Assembly (NCBI GenBank): GCA_001687465.1
Contig: LVLI01000810.1
Span: 1 to 44,146 of the forward strand
Direction of reading: 5' to 3'
DNA from: Halocafeteria seosinensis
Lineage: Eukaryota
Length of the DNA stretch: 44,146 bases
In this document: positions 25,401 to 37,809 of the stretch, piece after piece
How positions within the stretch are numbered: the stretch's first letter is position 1
How the letters are laid out: each line of letters starts with the position of its first letter
The notes under the pieces: model-generated
What the model saw: the letters and a program-made list of their open reading frames with translations, nothing else
Databases searched by the model: none
Told to the model about the DNA's origin: nothing
Made by a program: the position numbers and the translations under genes

Positions 25401-26955
25401 ACCTTCGTCCTCTTGGGGACTGACGGATATTGCGTTTGACTCTGGTTGATGGGGCGGGTTGGGGTCGTAGAAGTGGCTTGCGATTAGGTCTATTGATCCA
25501 AGCTGTTCCGAGAAAGATTGGGCTTCTTCATCTACGCCGGTAGCTTCCGCAAATTCTTCGTCGTCTGTTGCGGTGTTGCGTCGGTGGGCGCTCTTTAATG
25601 CAAGGTTGCTAATTTCGCCCATCTTTAGGCGCGAGAGCTGCACCTCAGCTTCCCCAACAGCCTTTGCAGCCCGCCTGAGCTCTGCCTCAGATGGTCCACC
25701 CTTGCCCTGTTCCTGAGGCTCCTCCACGTCCGCTGACGGTGCCCACGAAGCAGGAACGACGTAGAGCGTCATCCGGAGGTTTTTGTTGGTTTTCTTGCAT
25801 GGGAAACGAATGTCTTCCGTCCATTGCCAATTAACTTCCGTCAATTCTTCCTCAGGAGCGACGACACTTCCACTCTCACTGACATCGTCGTCCTCTTTGC
25901 CTCTCTTGTCTTTGGAGGATGCCAACCACTCTGACTGAGTCAGTTGGGACCGCTCCATACGTTTTTGCACCGAAGTTGGCATTTCTTTATCCCCAAGTTG
26001 TACCAATACATACGCTTTCAGCTTCTCCGGATCCTCAGCAGCATCTGCGGTATTCAGCTGAGCAGCAACAGCATTGAGTGAGGAACGAACAACCGTTGTC
26101 GTCAGGACGTTCGGAATCTCCCTATCATCAATTTCATCCATTTGATCCTCCTCTTCTTCCGAGAGTATAGACATTGCAAATGTGACTTGCCCCACCTCTT
26201 TATTCAAAGAATCGACAAGTCGCACGCGTAAGGCCTTTGTACCCACATGTTTATTAGCATACTGAGATTTCCGCACAAATTCTGCACACCACCAACTAAC
26301 ATCAGTGTTAGCTGTCCAACAATTTCACACATTAAGATGGGGTGTTACTCACCTCCAATGCCTACACGTGCTGAACCAACTTTAATGGAGGATCGAAAGG
26401 TGTGTTTTTCATGGATTTCGAGGAGAAAATAGTCCTGATCATCCGGATTCACGTCCCGCAGCACACAGTCAAAGTTCTCATATACGGGATTAGGTTTCTG
26501 TCGTTCCGAAGCGTCGGAAACATGCAATTGATCCTTGTAAGCTACACGAGCCACCGTCCGCGCATGAACGTCCCTCGAACCCCCCTCGGGGCCATCCTTG
26601 CGCTGGAGGTTATGGCCTTCAATTGCGAATACACGGATGTTTCTGTACAACCTCCCTCGATTCTCATCTTTGTCAGCCTCCGAAGGAGCCTCCTGGGTCT
26701 TGGACGCCCGATGACTCCTCCCAGAAAACATGTTTTGGCCTTATATCTGTCCGGATGTGCCTTCTTGAAGGGCGGCGTCTTTTCGCTCTTATGCTGCTTG
26801 CTCCTACCAGAGCACACAGACACAGATTGCCGCTGCCTAGTGTTAATAAAGACAGCACATGCAAGACAGACGAATGTGCCAACAACCGAAATCCTGACAA
26901 ACCAACCAGGTTTAGCAAGATATCCAACTACAACACCACCATCCTGGGAACTCAT
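19453..26955 (-). CDS. Ferlin-family multi-C2-domain membrane protein (many exons)
   Basis: Multiple C2 domains (HIIEARELK, CYQGRDLPAVDSNGSIDPFV, YVMEGKNLSPQDSHGKADPY), FerI-like YGAP..YRGRLL, LIGETNIDLEDRWF, PVETRFLWHPTSKMSQG, TDTHWR...FNWR, LQLWDKDI, GSGRSEPNVHPYLPPPAGR and C-terminal TM segments. The 5' exon structure is approximate. Confidence 0.9.
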
Positions 26956-27168
26956 GCCTCACACTCTTGCAATTTAAAGTAATTGGGACAGGAGGGATAA
27001 TTCATTCATTCATTCATAAGTACGATTGCAATAGAAAAAAGTAGCATCACTTCTTGCGCATGCTCTTGTCGAATGCAACCCGCAATGTAATGTACATTCG
27101 TTTCAATTGATGTAACAACGGATTTGCTTGTACACAGCATACCATACATTCAAATTGGAAGCATGGTT

Positions 27169-28273
27169 TTACCCATAGTTAAGTCGAAATACATCATTTG
27201 CAATATAAAGGCTGGATCCATCGTGTTGTAGGATGAAGGCTCGGGTGAAATATAAGGGGTTTTCTTGACCTGGTAACAGGAGAGCACCGGTAACCAGAGC
27301 AACCGACACGTTATCTCGTAGCGGGTGAATATCCAGACTTTTTAGTTGGAATTGACTGCCAGTGAACTTCTCCTGCAATGAGGCAGCAATGTCTTGTCCT
27401 TTGGCTTGGCTTCCCTCAAGGTGCATCTGCGAGTGCTCCCGGTATGCTGCGGCCACTTGCTGAGGGTTGGACCCCAAGGCATTGAAATATTGTTGAATAA
27501 AATCTTGAACTGCATTGTGGCCCATTGGGTTGTTGATAGCATTTGACTCTCCAATGCGAGTAATATCATTGACAATATTGACACTGGAGCCGCTGGGTGC
27601 CAAGGTTACCAACTGCTGGAATCGAGAAGTCTGCAGAGGAATCACACTCTTCGAAGATACCGACAGGAAGAAAGAAATGGAGGGGATCGAATGCATCTGT
27701 CTTACGTTGCTACCCTGAGTTTGTTCACCAGTAAATACTGCGAGCAGCACACCGAGCTCATTGTTGTAGGACACGTCAATTGAGGTAGCTCGTAGATTAA
27801 TGGCCCCTCCTCCTAACTGCGATTCCAGACGGGGAAACAAACATGCATCATTAAAAACTAGGGCACAGTGAAAAAACATGCTTGATTGACCCGATCTTAC
27901 TCTTTTTTGGAACTGTCCTGTGATTTGCTGGGGTCCTTGGCCGTTCTCCCCGTCGACGCTGTGTAGGCTTTGATCCGTCTGTGGGAGCAAACGAGAAAGT
28001 AAGAGCGTATGAGCGCAAAGTGCAAAAGACCACGTGTCGAAGATATCCAGATAGCAAGGCACGCAAACCAAAATAACCCCGCTGTTGAGGGACGAGCGTT
28101 AAGGATAGACTCCCCTAGCCATCCCCTGGCCGAAAACGACAAAAACTATGCGTGCTTGAAAGGCATTCTGCCATACTTACGTAAAGATTCAAGATGTCAC
28201 TGGTTCCAGAACTCAGAGAGTTCTTGAGTGTCTCAAAGACAGTATTGGCGATTGTATGTGGATCCTGAGACAT
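27169..28273 (-). CDS. NTF2: Tandem double NTF2-domain protein (4 exons)
   Basis: Exon 1 (MSQDPHTIANTVFETLKNSLSSGTSDILNLY, 28273-28181) splices to TDQSLHSVDGENGQGPQQI...FQQLVTLAPSGSSVNIVNDITR (domain 1). This is followed by FIQQYFNAL...YREHSQMHLEG...LVTGALLL...YIANDVFRLNYG* (canonical NTF2 C-terminus). Confidence 0.8.
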
Positions 28274-29181
28274 TGTTTTGGCGCTTCAGTAATCAGGGTA
28301 TAGGCACCAAGATTGCTCCTTTGCTAGCGGTATATTACTGCTATCACAGCAAGGAATGACGCGTCAATCGGCTTCTACACTTCCCTCGTTAATATTTACG
28401 ATGGCGTGGTTCTACTATCCGTACAACTGTTGGTAAAATCGCGACTGGGCTCTCTTCGTAAGTTCTAGAAGGATGAACTTCACAAGATCTGGCCACTCGC
28501 AGCCACTACTACAAATAGTGGAAACTTCCTCGGCAAAGATTTAGAGCAAGACATTGAGTCTAGGAATCTGTTTGAAAGAGTAATTGTAAGTTAAAGAATG
28601 ATATTGGGTTACAGTATTCAACTAGGACGCCAACGACGCAGACGAACCGCCGTCCAGAGAGTGCGTACGGCGACACAATGTGAAATACGTGGATGTTTAT
28701 CGACGACACTTCTACCACTGCTGGGGAACCAAGGGGACCCACGTTGGTAGAGGTACCAGGTGGATGCCTTAAATGTGTTCCAGGAAAAGCCCCGTCCCCA
28801 TGAATACAGTAAACGCGAATACATGGTATGCAAGAGCAATATCTCTTTTAGAAAAGTGTCACTAAAGGACAAATCAACATCTTGAACATTGCTTGTTTTG
28901 GAGAAGTTTGTAATGATGTTCCTTTCTCAGTTGTTGAAGTACAGTGCTATCACCATGTTCGAAAAAAACCTGATAGGTTTGCAAATGAGCAAGTCGCAGC
29001 AAACGTGCAATTATGCTTTGTAGCACAAGATCCCAGGCCATCTTTCGTTAGGTTCTGCTATCGGCAATAATGGCCCCAATTAAGAACGTTTTCAACCGCA
29101 TTTGCCGTTATGGAAAATGGCGTAGCGACTACGACGGACATCTCCCATAAACACGCCGGCATTGCTTAAGTTCGCCCAGTC

Positions 29182-30727
29182 TCATACAGGCTTTCTTCCA
29201 TCACTGCTTCGGGCCCACTCTACCTTTGGGTGGTATATGTGCCATAAATTTGGCTCCTCCTCTCTCACTATTTGTATTTCCCCTTTGCCTGCCAACTCTT
29301 TGAACTGCAGATGCATCATCGTATCCTCTTTACCGTAAACTGTTCGGTTGGCGTACGAGCCGCTGCAAGGGAAGCAATAGTTCACCACTGGGGATACTAC
29401 TCATCAGAGTTAGCGATGTTTGAGTACAATACATACCAATATCCGATTGGGTTATCATAGAGATAAAATGAATGCATACCATATCCGTATACACGGCTCC
29501 ATGAAAAAGTGCTCCAATCACTCCCGTTCAGTAGATGCCCATATAAACCTTTTAGGTCTTGGACTCTTTCTGTGGTGCTCATCACAATTGGAAACATAAC
29601 CGACCTGCCTAATCTGACATTTCCCAAAGCTTTTGAAATAACAGAGATATCTGTTACTGCGAGGTCTGTGTCCATCATATAAATGAGACTACGCTTTGCC
29701 GGCGTCGGAATATACCTTAAGGCAGAGTTGTATGTCTGCAGGATAAGACATTGTAACGTGTGTGTACGACGTATAGCAACTTTACAGGTCAAGAGAAATA
29801 CTGCAATACTTACTCCGCCCTTAGTGAAGGGTGCTGTTACGTCTCTCCGTGACAGTAGTCGTATGTGTCCTCTCCATAGTTTGCTGAGCTTTTCCTCAAG
29901 AACATTCGTTTGAGGAGCGTAGTCACTAACATATATGCAGAGACAGCTCAACCACCCGGGAACGGGGTCACATTGCAAAACTGCGTTACGCACTGTCTCC
30001 AACAGCCGCAGGACGTTATCTGCACGATTCCGATTACCGACCACGATGTATATAAAAGGGTACTTGCTCTGATCGCATTCCCTGATATCACAGAACGGAT
30101 GCTCTAAGATTTCCCCCTTTCCAGGAAAGATTGGGGATTCCACGTCCGTAGTAAAGCTAACATTATACATTTTGAAGGATCGTTGCACCATCAGGTATGG
30201 ATCCTTCACCACGGGAACTTCTGCCATTTCATCTACAGTCGATTGGTGTAGCCTATGATCCCTCCACGAATAACACACTATTTTGCGCCATTTTCTTAAT
30301 TGATGACGCAATTGAGAATCTCCATGTAGACTGGAAATATTTTCGGCGAAAGGGGCTGGCAAGCCAAAACTACGTCCTTTTAAATTTCCCGGTAACAACG
30401 GCCTCGCATGATCGGAATATAGTGCCAGTTGGTGGCGGAACGAGATACTGTGATCCGGCGATTTGCTTTCCTCCAATATGCGCCTTATTGGCGTTACTAT
30501 GTCACTAAAAGAAGGCTCAACAACTGCACCGCATGAGACAACACAGGTAAGACAAGGCCCTACCATTGTGGGACTAGCAACCTACCAAAGCCATCTATCC
30601 GCACACGACCTTTATAAAGAGGATCTACATGGTGTCGGAGAACTATGGTTTGGATAATTCGGCCTAGCAAGATGAACACGAACAAGCAGCTCAATAGTAC
30701 AAACACTTTCATGTGCAACAGGTTCAT
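29182..30727 (-). CDS. Type II membrane glycosyltransferase, GT7 / chondroitin synthase-GalNAc transferase-like (4 exons)
   Basis: N-terminal signal anchor (MNLLHMKVFVLLSCLFVFILLG), DTD (DxD) motif, NVRLGRSVMFPIV, YGYGMHSFY, YGKED (WGxED-like) and REEEPNLWHIYHPK. Introns are GT-AG. Confidence 0.7.
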
Positions 30728-32172
30728 CTTGCTGCACTCCGTGTTGCTAAAGAGAGCGCAAATCCTACAATGAGCCACGTTGCTCTTGCATAAAGGAACC
30801 AGATAGCTGCTACATACTGCATGCCAACGAACCATGGAAATGTGGGACACTGCATGTCGGCTTGAGGCCCAAGTTGAGGCCAGTTTGCAATTCCGGGCCC
30901 GGTTGAAACGAAGGAGTTGTATTGTGAGAATACTACTAAGGTTAAGTGTACTGAGCATTCTGTGCAAAGTTGGGACTTGTTCCTAGTGAAAGCAGTAAGG
31001 CCCATGTGATACGGTTGTACGGTTGTATATTGTAGAAGTAAATGATGGATCGCCGAGGAAGCAGCTGGGACTACAATGTACTGCATGAACAACAAGCGCC
31101 AATGGCTAGACAGGGAACAGTGCATTAACCTCCAGCCCTCAAAGAACTTCAAAGTTCCTTCTTGTTGCAAATTGTGTGGGATGCCTCTTGGTAACTATGT
31201 CGTTTGTTTTGGGTTCTCGCCTGGGTGCGTAGGTGTCATTCAGAGCGTCAATAACAGCGGGATATTATCATACAGAACGTGGAACAAGCCCCAGTGCCTT
31301 TGCCAGAAGGGTCTTCTGGAGGGCTTCCCCTATAAACGAGATTAGTTCCTGGAACAACAATAGGAAGTGGGCGCTGCAACAGTGAATGCGAAATGAAACA
31401 CAAATGAACGAGAATAACTAAGAAGAATAGCATCGCAAGGAGGAATAAGAAACTCCTGTAATAGGGGCCGAGGAACTGAAGGAAACTACGATGGATGGGC
31501 AGAAACGTTTCCATGCGGAGCAGCAAAGTGCATTAAGCAATTAGAAGAATTACATGTATGACGTCAGGTGACTACTCGATGTGTTAGCCTCCCAGGTACA
31601 GTCACTTACATTTTAATGCTATGTTTCTACCGGGTAGCATCAACAGAACTCCGAACTGGACGACGCACATTGTAAGTGTAAGTAGTGCTACGAGGCAGTA
31701 CAGTACTGCCTAGTGGTACGACACAGTGCTTGGACCTTTTGAGGAAAGTTCACAGGTGAGAATCTCGAAGCAAACTGGACCATTTGCAACGGTCCTGTTG
31801 ATTTATAAGTGCTCAATACCAATATTACGATCATATAGTCTTTGGCAGTGTTGTATGAAATACCGTAGAAAAGAAAACAGCAGGTTGTCCCGACACCGGT
31901 GTAAACGGCAATTTGCAGTGACACAGTCTACTTTCCACGTCTGGCACCTCTCTACGTGGATGAAGACGAAGACACCATATAATACTAAAGGATTGGTCTA
32001 ATTTGTTATTTATACGACATACCTGATAAGTGAATGCTCATCTCAGCAGTCATTGAATACGGTAGCACACGTCAAAGCAACGAGGCACGCGGAGATTCAC
32101 CTCCACGAGTTGAACCAAAGCCCGTTCGTCGACTATAGACAAATTTTTCTGGTAGTAGAGAGCACGGTAACG

Positions 32173-33342
32173 ATGACATTTCAAGCAAGTTCATTCCGGG
32201 TCTCTGCAGTGGCTCGTAGGCGTGGCAGTTCTTTCGCGGGAACGGGCACAGGCTCAGCAGTGACCTACGTTCGCCGACACCTTGCCATTCTCTTGTTTAT
32301 TGGTTGTTTACTATGCATATGGGGACTTCTGCAGTCAAGTATAAGCCCTTTAAGACACAGGAACGATGATCCCGTGCAGACTAATATCAGAAGTTCTTCA
32401 CCGGAGGACGTTTCGCTCCATGCAAGTAGTTTACGTCCCGATTCAGCTTCAGTGGAACGAAACAGAGGCACTAGTAGCGACAATCAGTACCTGGTTATGT
32501 CTGCTGCGGTAGGCTATGGACATCACAGTTATGAAAAATTTTTGACGTCCCTTCGAAGACACTACAGTGGTGATGTAATCCTATTTCTAGGTCCGAAGGA
32601 TTGGTGGGTGCAGCCTCTCATAACCAATTGCTTTGACTCCCGGATTCGGCTCGTTATGATAAATAGCGTCATTGGATTTGGCACGAAAGGGGACAGGTAC
32701 ATCGCGTACAATGAGTACTGTAAGAACTATACACTTTGTTTCGCAGTTGATTTCCGAGACAGCTTCTTCCAGGATGATCCATTCAAGTTGGTACCACACA
32801 ACTACCATTTAGTGGTTACAGAAGAAGAGAAAACAGGGATGGGGCATACCCTGAGTAATCCGGAGTGGATAAGATCTTGTTGGGGTCAAGAATTTTTGAA
32901 TACCGTTTTCCATATCCCACCCGTCTGTTCTGGAACCATTTATGGAACACCTCATGGTTTCCAAGTATTGAGAGATCTGATGGTGTCTGAAATGGACCGG
33001 TCGGCCAAAAAAAAATGTATTGCTCGTGATCAAGGTCATTTGAATTATTTGCTATTGACTAACTCATTCCCGTTCCCTGTATATCGGGAAATTAGAGGGT
33101 ATGGTTCTGTCAACACGATCGGGAGAATAGCGGAAGAACAAATTACTCTATGGTACCGCGATGGGGTCGTAAAGAATGAAGACGGGAGTGCATCACCAGT
33201 TGTACACCAGTACGATCGCTCTGAGCAACTTAAAAAGTTGGCCACAAGTTTGTCGGTGCTACAGCCAACAGATGAAAGGAATTGTTCGTTGCTTTATAGA
33301 CGCCTGTTCTTTTTGCAATGCTGTGGGGGGTACTGCTGTTAA
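32173..33342 (+). CDS. Intronless type II membrane putative GT-A glycosyltransferase (DxRDxxFQxDPF family), copy 1
   Basis: Signal anchor LAILLFIGCLLCIWGLL, DFRDSFFQDDPF, CSGTIYGT, RDQGHLNY and SPVVHQYDR. ATG 32173 is conserved in the pseudogene copy; the ORF-track start at 32053 is TTG. Confidence 0.75.
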   Translation: MTFQASSFRVSAVARRRGSSFAGTGTGSAVTYVRRHLAILLFIGCLLCIWGLLQSSISPLRHRNDDPVQTNIRSSSPEDVSLHASSLRPDSASVERNRGTSSDNQYLVMSAAVGYGHHSYEKFLTSLRRHYSGDVILFLGPKDWWVQPLITNCFDSRIRLVMINSVIGFGTKGDRYIAYNEYCKNYTLCFAVDFRDSFFQDDPFKLVPHNYHLVVTEEEKTGMGHTLSNPEWIRSCWGQEFLNTVFHIPPVCSGTIYGTPHGFQVLRDLMVSEMDRSAKKKCIARDQGHLNYLLLTNSFPFPVYREIRGYGSVNTIGRIAEEQITLWYRDGVVKNEDGSASPVVHQYDRSEQLKKLATSLSVLQPTDERNCSLLYRRLFFLQCCGGYCC

Positions 33343-33704
33343 AGTAGAGTATTGGTTGGGAATGTGAATGTTACACGGAGACGCGTCTCGCGGGAATTCG
33401 TCCTGAGTGCCGTGTTCTCACCCACAACTTGGCAACGCAGTTTTATATCGAGCAAGATGATGCTTAAGTCTACGAGAGACTGTAACATTATGACCATGGA
33501 TGTGTTGACTTTGATGCAGCACCTGTAGCAATCGGTCCTCGGGAAAGCACTCCCGAGAGTGTTACGGAAACCATAAGCGTCTGCTAAAAACATTTTTGGT
33601 CCATGGAGAAAACAGCAGCAGAAGATTCCGGAAACGGCATACAGGCAATCTGATCACCACTGAATCGGTGAGGCATCAATGGACCAACATCCTACGCCAC
33701 AGAG

Positions 33705-36236
33705 CTAGGATATTCTCCCCTTCGCTCCGCCGCGGATTCTCCTCTGTCGGCGTCCGCGGGCGCGAATCGCGGAGAACGCGGAGAGGGGATAAGGTTGAAG
33801 TTTGGGGTTGGTTCGCCCAGTTGAGCCAGGATAACATGGTGACAGATATCTTCGGTTTGATGATAAGTTCGCCCTATATAAGCCTTCAATGCTTTCCACA
33901 TCTGCGATTCTAAGAACAGTGGGATACGTTAGCTTTCTGGTAAGGCAACAGCACCATTTGAACACTTTGGCGTCTGTTTGGAAATGACACAAAGCATCGC
34001 CTACCAATATTTCAAAAGAGAATGGAGGAGTTGTCCTCCTCCGGGGAAAATGTGCCCAGGAAATTCCGAGTATGAGACGGTCAAGGCATTTATATGTCAG
34101 TATAAGGGCGGAGACGGGCAGGAATGTGGAGCGGTGCTACACCCAGATACTATGCTAGACAACAGAGGACGCAAAAGCCCCGCATCGCTGCGCTCCCATT
34201 TGAACCAAAAGCACCAAGGATGGAACGCAAAGCTCTCTTCCAGCGCTTGTGTTGGCCAAAAGCGAATAGCCGAGTACCCTATGACAGTACAGAAAAAGGA
34301 TGATTTTCGCTCACCGGAGGAAAACGATATTGCCAAACTTGTTGAACTGTTTATAGACCATAACTGGTCTTATCAATCGGTTATTCGTCAAACCACTAAA
34401 CGAATGATGAGGGATCATTGCCCATCATTGGGAAATCCACCGACGAGGCAAAGCCTCGCTCGGTATGTGCGAAACTTCGCACAAGCAGACCGACAAGAGA
34501 TCATCAAATTGCTTAAATACCAGGACTCTATTGTATTAGTGTCAGATATTTGGTCTACTAAAGACAAAAAATCGTTTTTATTGGCATTAGCCATGTATAT
34601 TGATGCCAGCTGGTCCCTCCGCTGTCATCTAGTTGATTTGAAACAATTGGAAGAGTCATATACTGGTGAAAATATTCGAAAGGCCTTTGAGGAGATTTTG
34701 GAAGAAGCACATATATCGTATGACAAACTTGGCGTCATAGCTACTGATTCTGGGCCGAACATGAAAATAGCGGTGAGGGAGCTTAGCCAACTTAGCGACA
34801 CAACGCCTATTGTAAATCTTCCTTGCCTCGCTCATTGTATAAATAATGCAGTTTCTAAAGGCTTATTCGACCATCAGGAAATTGGCAAGCTAATGAACCA
34901 CGTTCGCGATTTCTCCACGTTCATGAGTTCAGAGACTATGACACGATGGCTCAAATCAGCGCAGGAGAAAAAGAACCGGAGGACTTTACGTGCTATCCAA
35001 GTTAAGGGCATACGATGGCATACTTATTCGGATATGGTTGATCGTTTCCTGGAACTGCTACCTGATTACAGGGAGGTCACATCATGTATCAGTGATGAGA
35101 ACGCTCTGCCTCCTTCCCAAGTTGAGTATCTTTCAAATACAGTAAACAACGAGGACTTCATAGCCAAAGTGGAAGCGTTGGCACGGATTCTCAGGGATGT
35201 GCGCTTCTTTGCACGAAAAGTAGAAGGTCATGGCGCGAATGCCCTGTCGACGTTCCTTCTGGTTTATTATCACCTAACGAAGTATTACTTGGTCAGTAGC
35301 GACCAAGACAATACCCTTGTGAAGGATTTCAAAAAGACCTGCAAAGAGTACATTGAAGAATTTGTATCGAGAGACCAGTTTGCTGCCGCATCTCTGGCGT
35401 TCGTGTTAGATCCCCGCTGTGTTAGACCAGAGAAATCGTTGTTCACTAATCCGCCAACTGGATTACAAGCATCCGTAAAAGAGGTGCGAGACTGGGTGAA
35501 GGATATAGGATTTAATGATTCCGTACTGGGGCAATTTGCGCGTCTGCATTGGAAATCCGTCGTCAGAAAAGGAAAGAAAATCCCGGATGAGATCAAACAT
35601 GTTGATGTCGGAGAGTTACGAGGAAACGGAGATAATCAGAGTGGTAATGAAGAAGAGGATCAAAGCAGTTCTGACGAGGAGGTCAAGTGTTTTCGTCAGG
35701 CTGTGATGGATGAACTGAAATGTTTCCGAAGTTTCTCCAAGAATTCATCCCAAGAACCGCTGCCATTCTGGAAGGAACATCATGAAAAATTTCCCCTGTT
35801 AGCGCCTGTTGCAAAACGGTTTCTTCCAATTCCTGGGAGTGCAGCCCCTGCAGAGCAAGTTTTTTCAATTGCGGGGAGGGTTCATTCTGACAGATCGTGC
35901 AATATGACTGCAGAAACTCTGCGGGCTATTCTCACTATCAAGAACTCTCGCTTAGGATGGATGGATCTTGCCCGGCAACCTCCATCGGATGCTTTTGATG
36001 TAAATGTTGATCCGTTCGGAGAAAATGAAGCCGAAATGAGGATGGACGAAGCTGAGGAAGTCTTGGACTAGGCGCTGAAGGCCACTCACGGGTTCATTAG
36101 TGAAAATGAATATAGAACGCAGTTAAATTGGACTTGATGTCGGCATACTAGCGCGTAATACTCTATAGATACTCAAAACATGCGCGCGAGCGGCGCGGAC
36201 CGTCCGCGGCCTGCTCCGCGAGAGGGAACATCCTAG
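33705..36236 (+). mobile_element. Full-length autonomous hAT DNA transposon (2532 bp)
   Basis: TIRs CTAGGATATTC and GAACATCCTAG (one mismatch in 11 bp), perfect 8-bp TSD CCACAGAG (33697-33704 and 36237-36244), CCGCGG/CGCG-rich subterminal repeats at both ends, and a single transposase ORF. Confidence 0.95.
33984..36071 (+). CDS. hAT transposase (BED finger, DDE core, C-terminal dimerisation domain)
   Basis: BED-like C...C...SLRSHLNQKH, catalytic LVSDIWS, IATDSGPNM and SAAPAEQVFS, CxxH (PCLAH), RW motif, and PLPFWKEHHEKFPLLAPVAKRFL. The ORF is uninterrupted. Confidence 0.95.
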   Translation: MTQSIAYQYFKREWRSCPPPGKMCPGNSEYETVKAFICQYKGGDGQECGAVLHPDTMLDNRGRKSPASLRSHLNQKHQGWNAKLSSSACVGQKRIAEYPMTVQKKDDFRSPEENDIAKLVELFIDHNWSYQSVIRQTTKRMMRDHCPSLGNPPTRQSLARYVRNFAQADRQEIIKLLKYQDSIVLVSDIWSTKDKKSFLLALAMYIDASWSLRCHLVDLKQLEESYTGENIRKAFEEILEEAHISYDKLGVIATDSGPNMKIAVRELSQLSDTTPIVNLPCLAHCINNAVSKGLFDHQEIGKLMNHVRDFSTFMSSETMTRWLKSAQEKKNRRTLRAIQVKGIRWHTYSDMVDRFLELLPDYREVTSCISDENALPPSQVEYLSNTVNNEDFIAKVEALARILRDVRFFARKVEGHGANALSTFLLVYYHLTKYYLVSSDQDNTLVKDFKKTCKEYIEEFVSRDQFAAASLAFVLDPRCVRPEKSLFTNPPTGLQASVKEVRDWVKDIGFNDSVLGQFARLHWKSVVRKGKKIPDEIKHVDVGELRGNGDNQSGNEEEDQSSSDEEVKCFRQAVMDELKCFRSFSKNSSQEPLPFWKEHHEKFPLLAPVAKRFLPIPGSAAPAEQVFSIAGRVHSDRSCNMTAETLRAILTIKNSRLGWMDLARQPPSDAFDVNVDPFGENEAEMRMDEAEEVLD

Positions 36237-36497
36237 CCACAGAGTGCCTTTTTCGCTTCTGACTCTCTTCCTTAATGAAGACGATGACGGGAGACAACAC
36301 CAACTAAATGCTTAGGGATAACTTATATTTCATACGGGATAAATCAACGTTCAACCGAGCGGCTGGTGAACCGAAGTGAAGGCAACGAGGCAACCGGAGA
36401 ATTTCCCTCGTGTGTTGAAGCACAGGCGCGTCCTGCCGAAAAAGGCCACTCCGTGGACTATGAACAGGTCATTCTGACGGTAGGTAACATCGCAGCG

Positions 36498-36959
36498 ATG
36501 ACACTGCTAGCAAGTGCATCCCAGGTCTACGGTGGCTCGTAGTCGTGGCGCTCCTTTCGCGGGCAGGGGCACAGGCTCAGCAGTAACCTACATTTATCGA
36601 CGACACAATTCATGGAACACCTCATGGTTTCCAAGATCTGGTGGTACCTGAAATGGACCGGTCAGCAAAAAAGAATATATTGCCCGTGGTCACATTCCCG
36701 TTCCCTGTACATTGGGAACTAGAGGGTACTGTATGGTTGTGCGAGAGTAGCGAAAGAACAAATTACTCGATGATACCGCGATGGGGTCATAAAGAATGAA
36801 AATGGGAGGGCATTACCAGGTGTACACCAGTACGATCGTTCTGGACAACGAAAAAGTTGGCCACAAGTTTGTCGGTGCTACAGCCAGCCGATGCAAGGAA
36901 TTTTCCAATGTTCTATAGGCGTTCGTTTTTCTGCCACACCTGAGCGATCCTGCTGTTAA
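36498..36959 (+). pseudogene. Internally deleted, frameshifted duplicate of the GT-A glycosyltransferase at 32173-33342
   Basis: 36498-36606 aligns with 32173-32280, then jumps to the equivalent of about 32938 (atggaacacctcatggtttccaag), losing about 660 bp including the TM and DxRD motif. Flank similarity extends over about 36274-37083. Confidence 0.9.
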
Positions 36960-37809
36960 AGTAGATCAAAATTTCGGAAGGGACTGTTACACAGCCGCAC
37001 TTGTCACGTAAATCCAGTGACCCCATTTGACCAACTAATTTTCACAGTGGGGACAAACCAAGATGCTTAAGTCTACAAGAGCCAGGACCATTGGGCCGAG
37101 CCTACAACTGGAGACATTGACGCTTCATTTGCACTTGAGTCCCGATATACTTCCGTGTTCAGAAGCGATAGCCTTTTGTTTCTGTCTTCATTTCAGCATG
37201 GCTGTTCCCAGAGGTTCGCCGTAGGTGACCGGACGTACACGATAAGCACGTAACCTATTACCATATTAATATTTATTGGCATGCGTGCAGGGAAGAGCAT
37301 TTATCCGACTGAGAAAACGGGGCTATTGATTTGCCGAAGATACTTAAGCACGAGCCAAGGAAGTCGCCTACAAACTCCTGTCCGTACACCTGTGGCGGTA
37401 CAGCACTACTAGGGGAAGGGTCGTTTAAACGCCACTCGTCGGACTATTAACAAGACTCAGCAGATAAGGACATCATACGACAGAGTACAAGGCACTTTTT
37501 CAAGAGTGGCTTTCCCACCTGCGAACTGTATCAGTCTACTCATGCTTTCACCCTCTTGTTTTTCGTCGACCTGGCACGGATATTGCCTCCTGGGGTTCGT
37601 GTGTGTCTAGTTAAATACTTACCAATAAGAATAATAATATGGTAAGCTATTGAATCAATAACTCAACTTGAAGTGATTCCTGGTGCCTAACTCAAAGTCC
37701 TGCTTACTTCCAAGCAGATTTTCCCTGATTCTGTCATAAATTACTAAGTATCGTTCACAGAATAGCCAAATAATAGTAAGAAATGCTGCTATACTAGTAT
37801 GAGTAGTAT

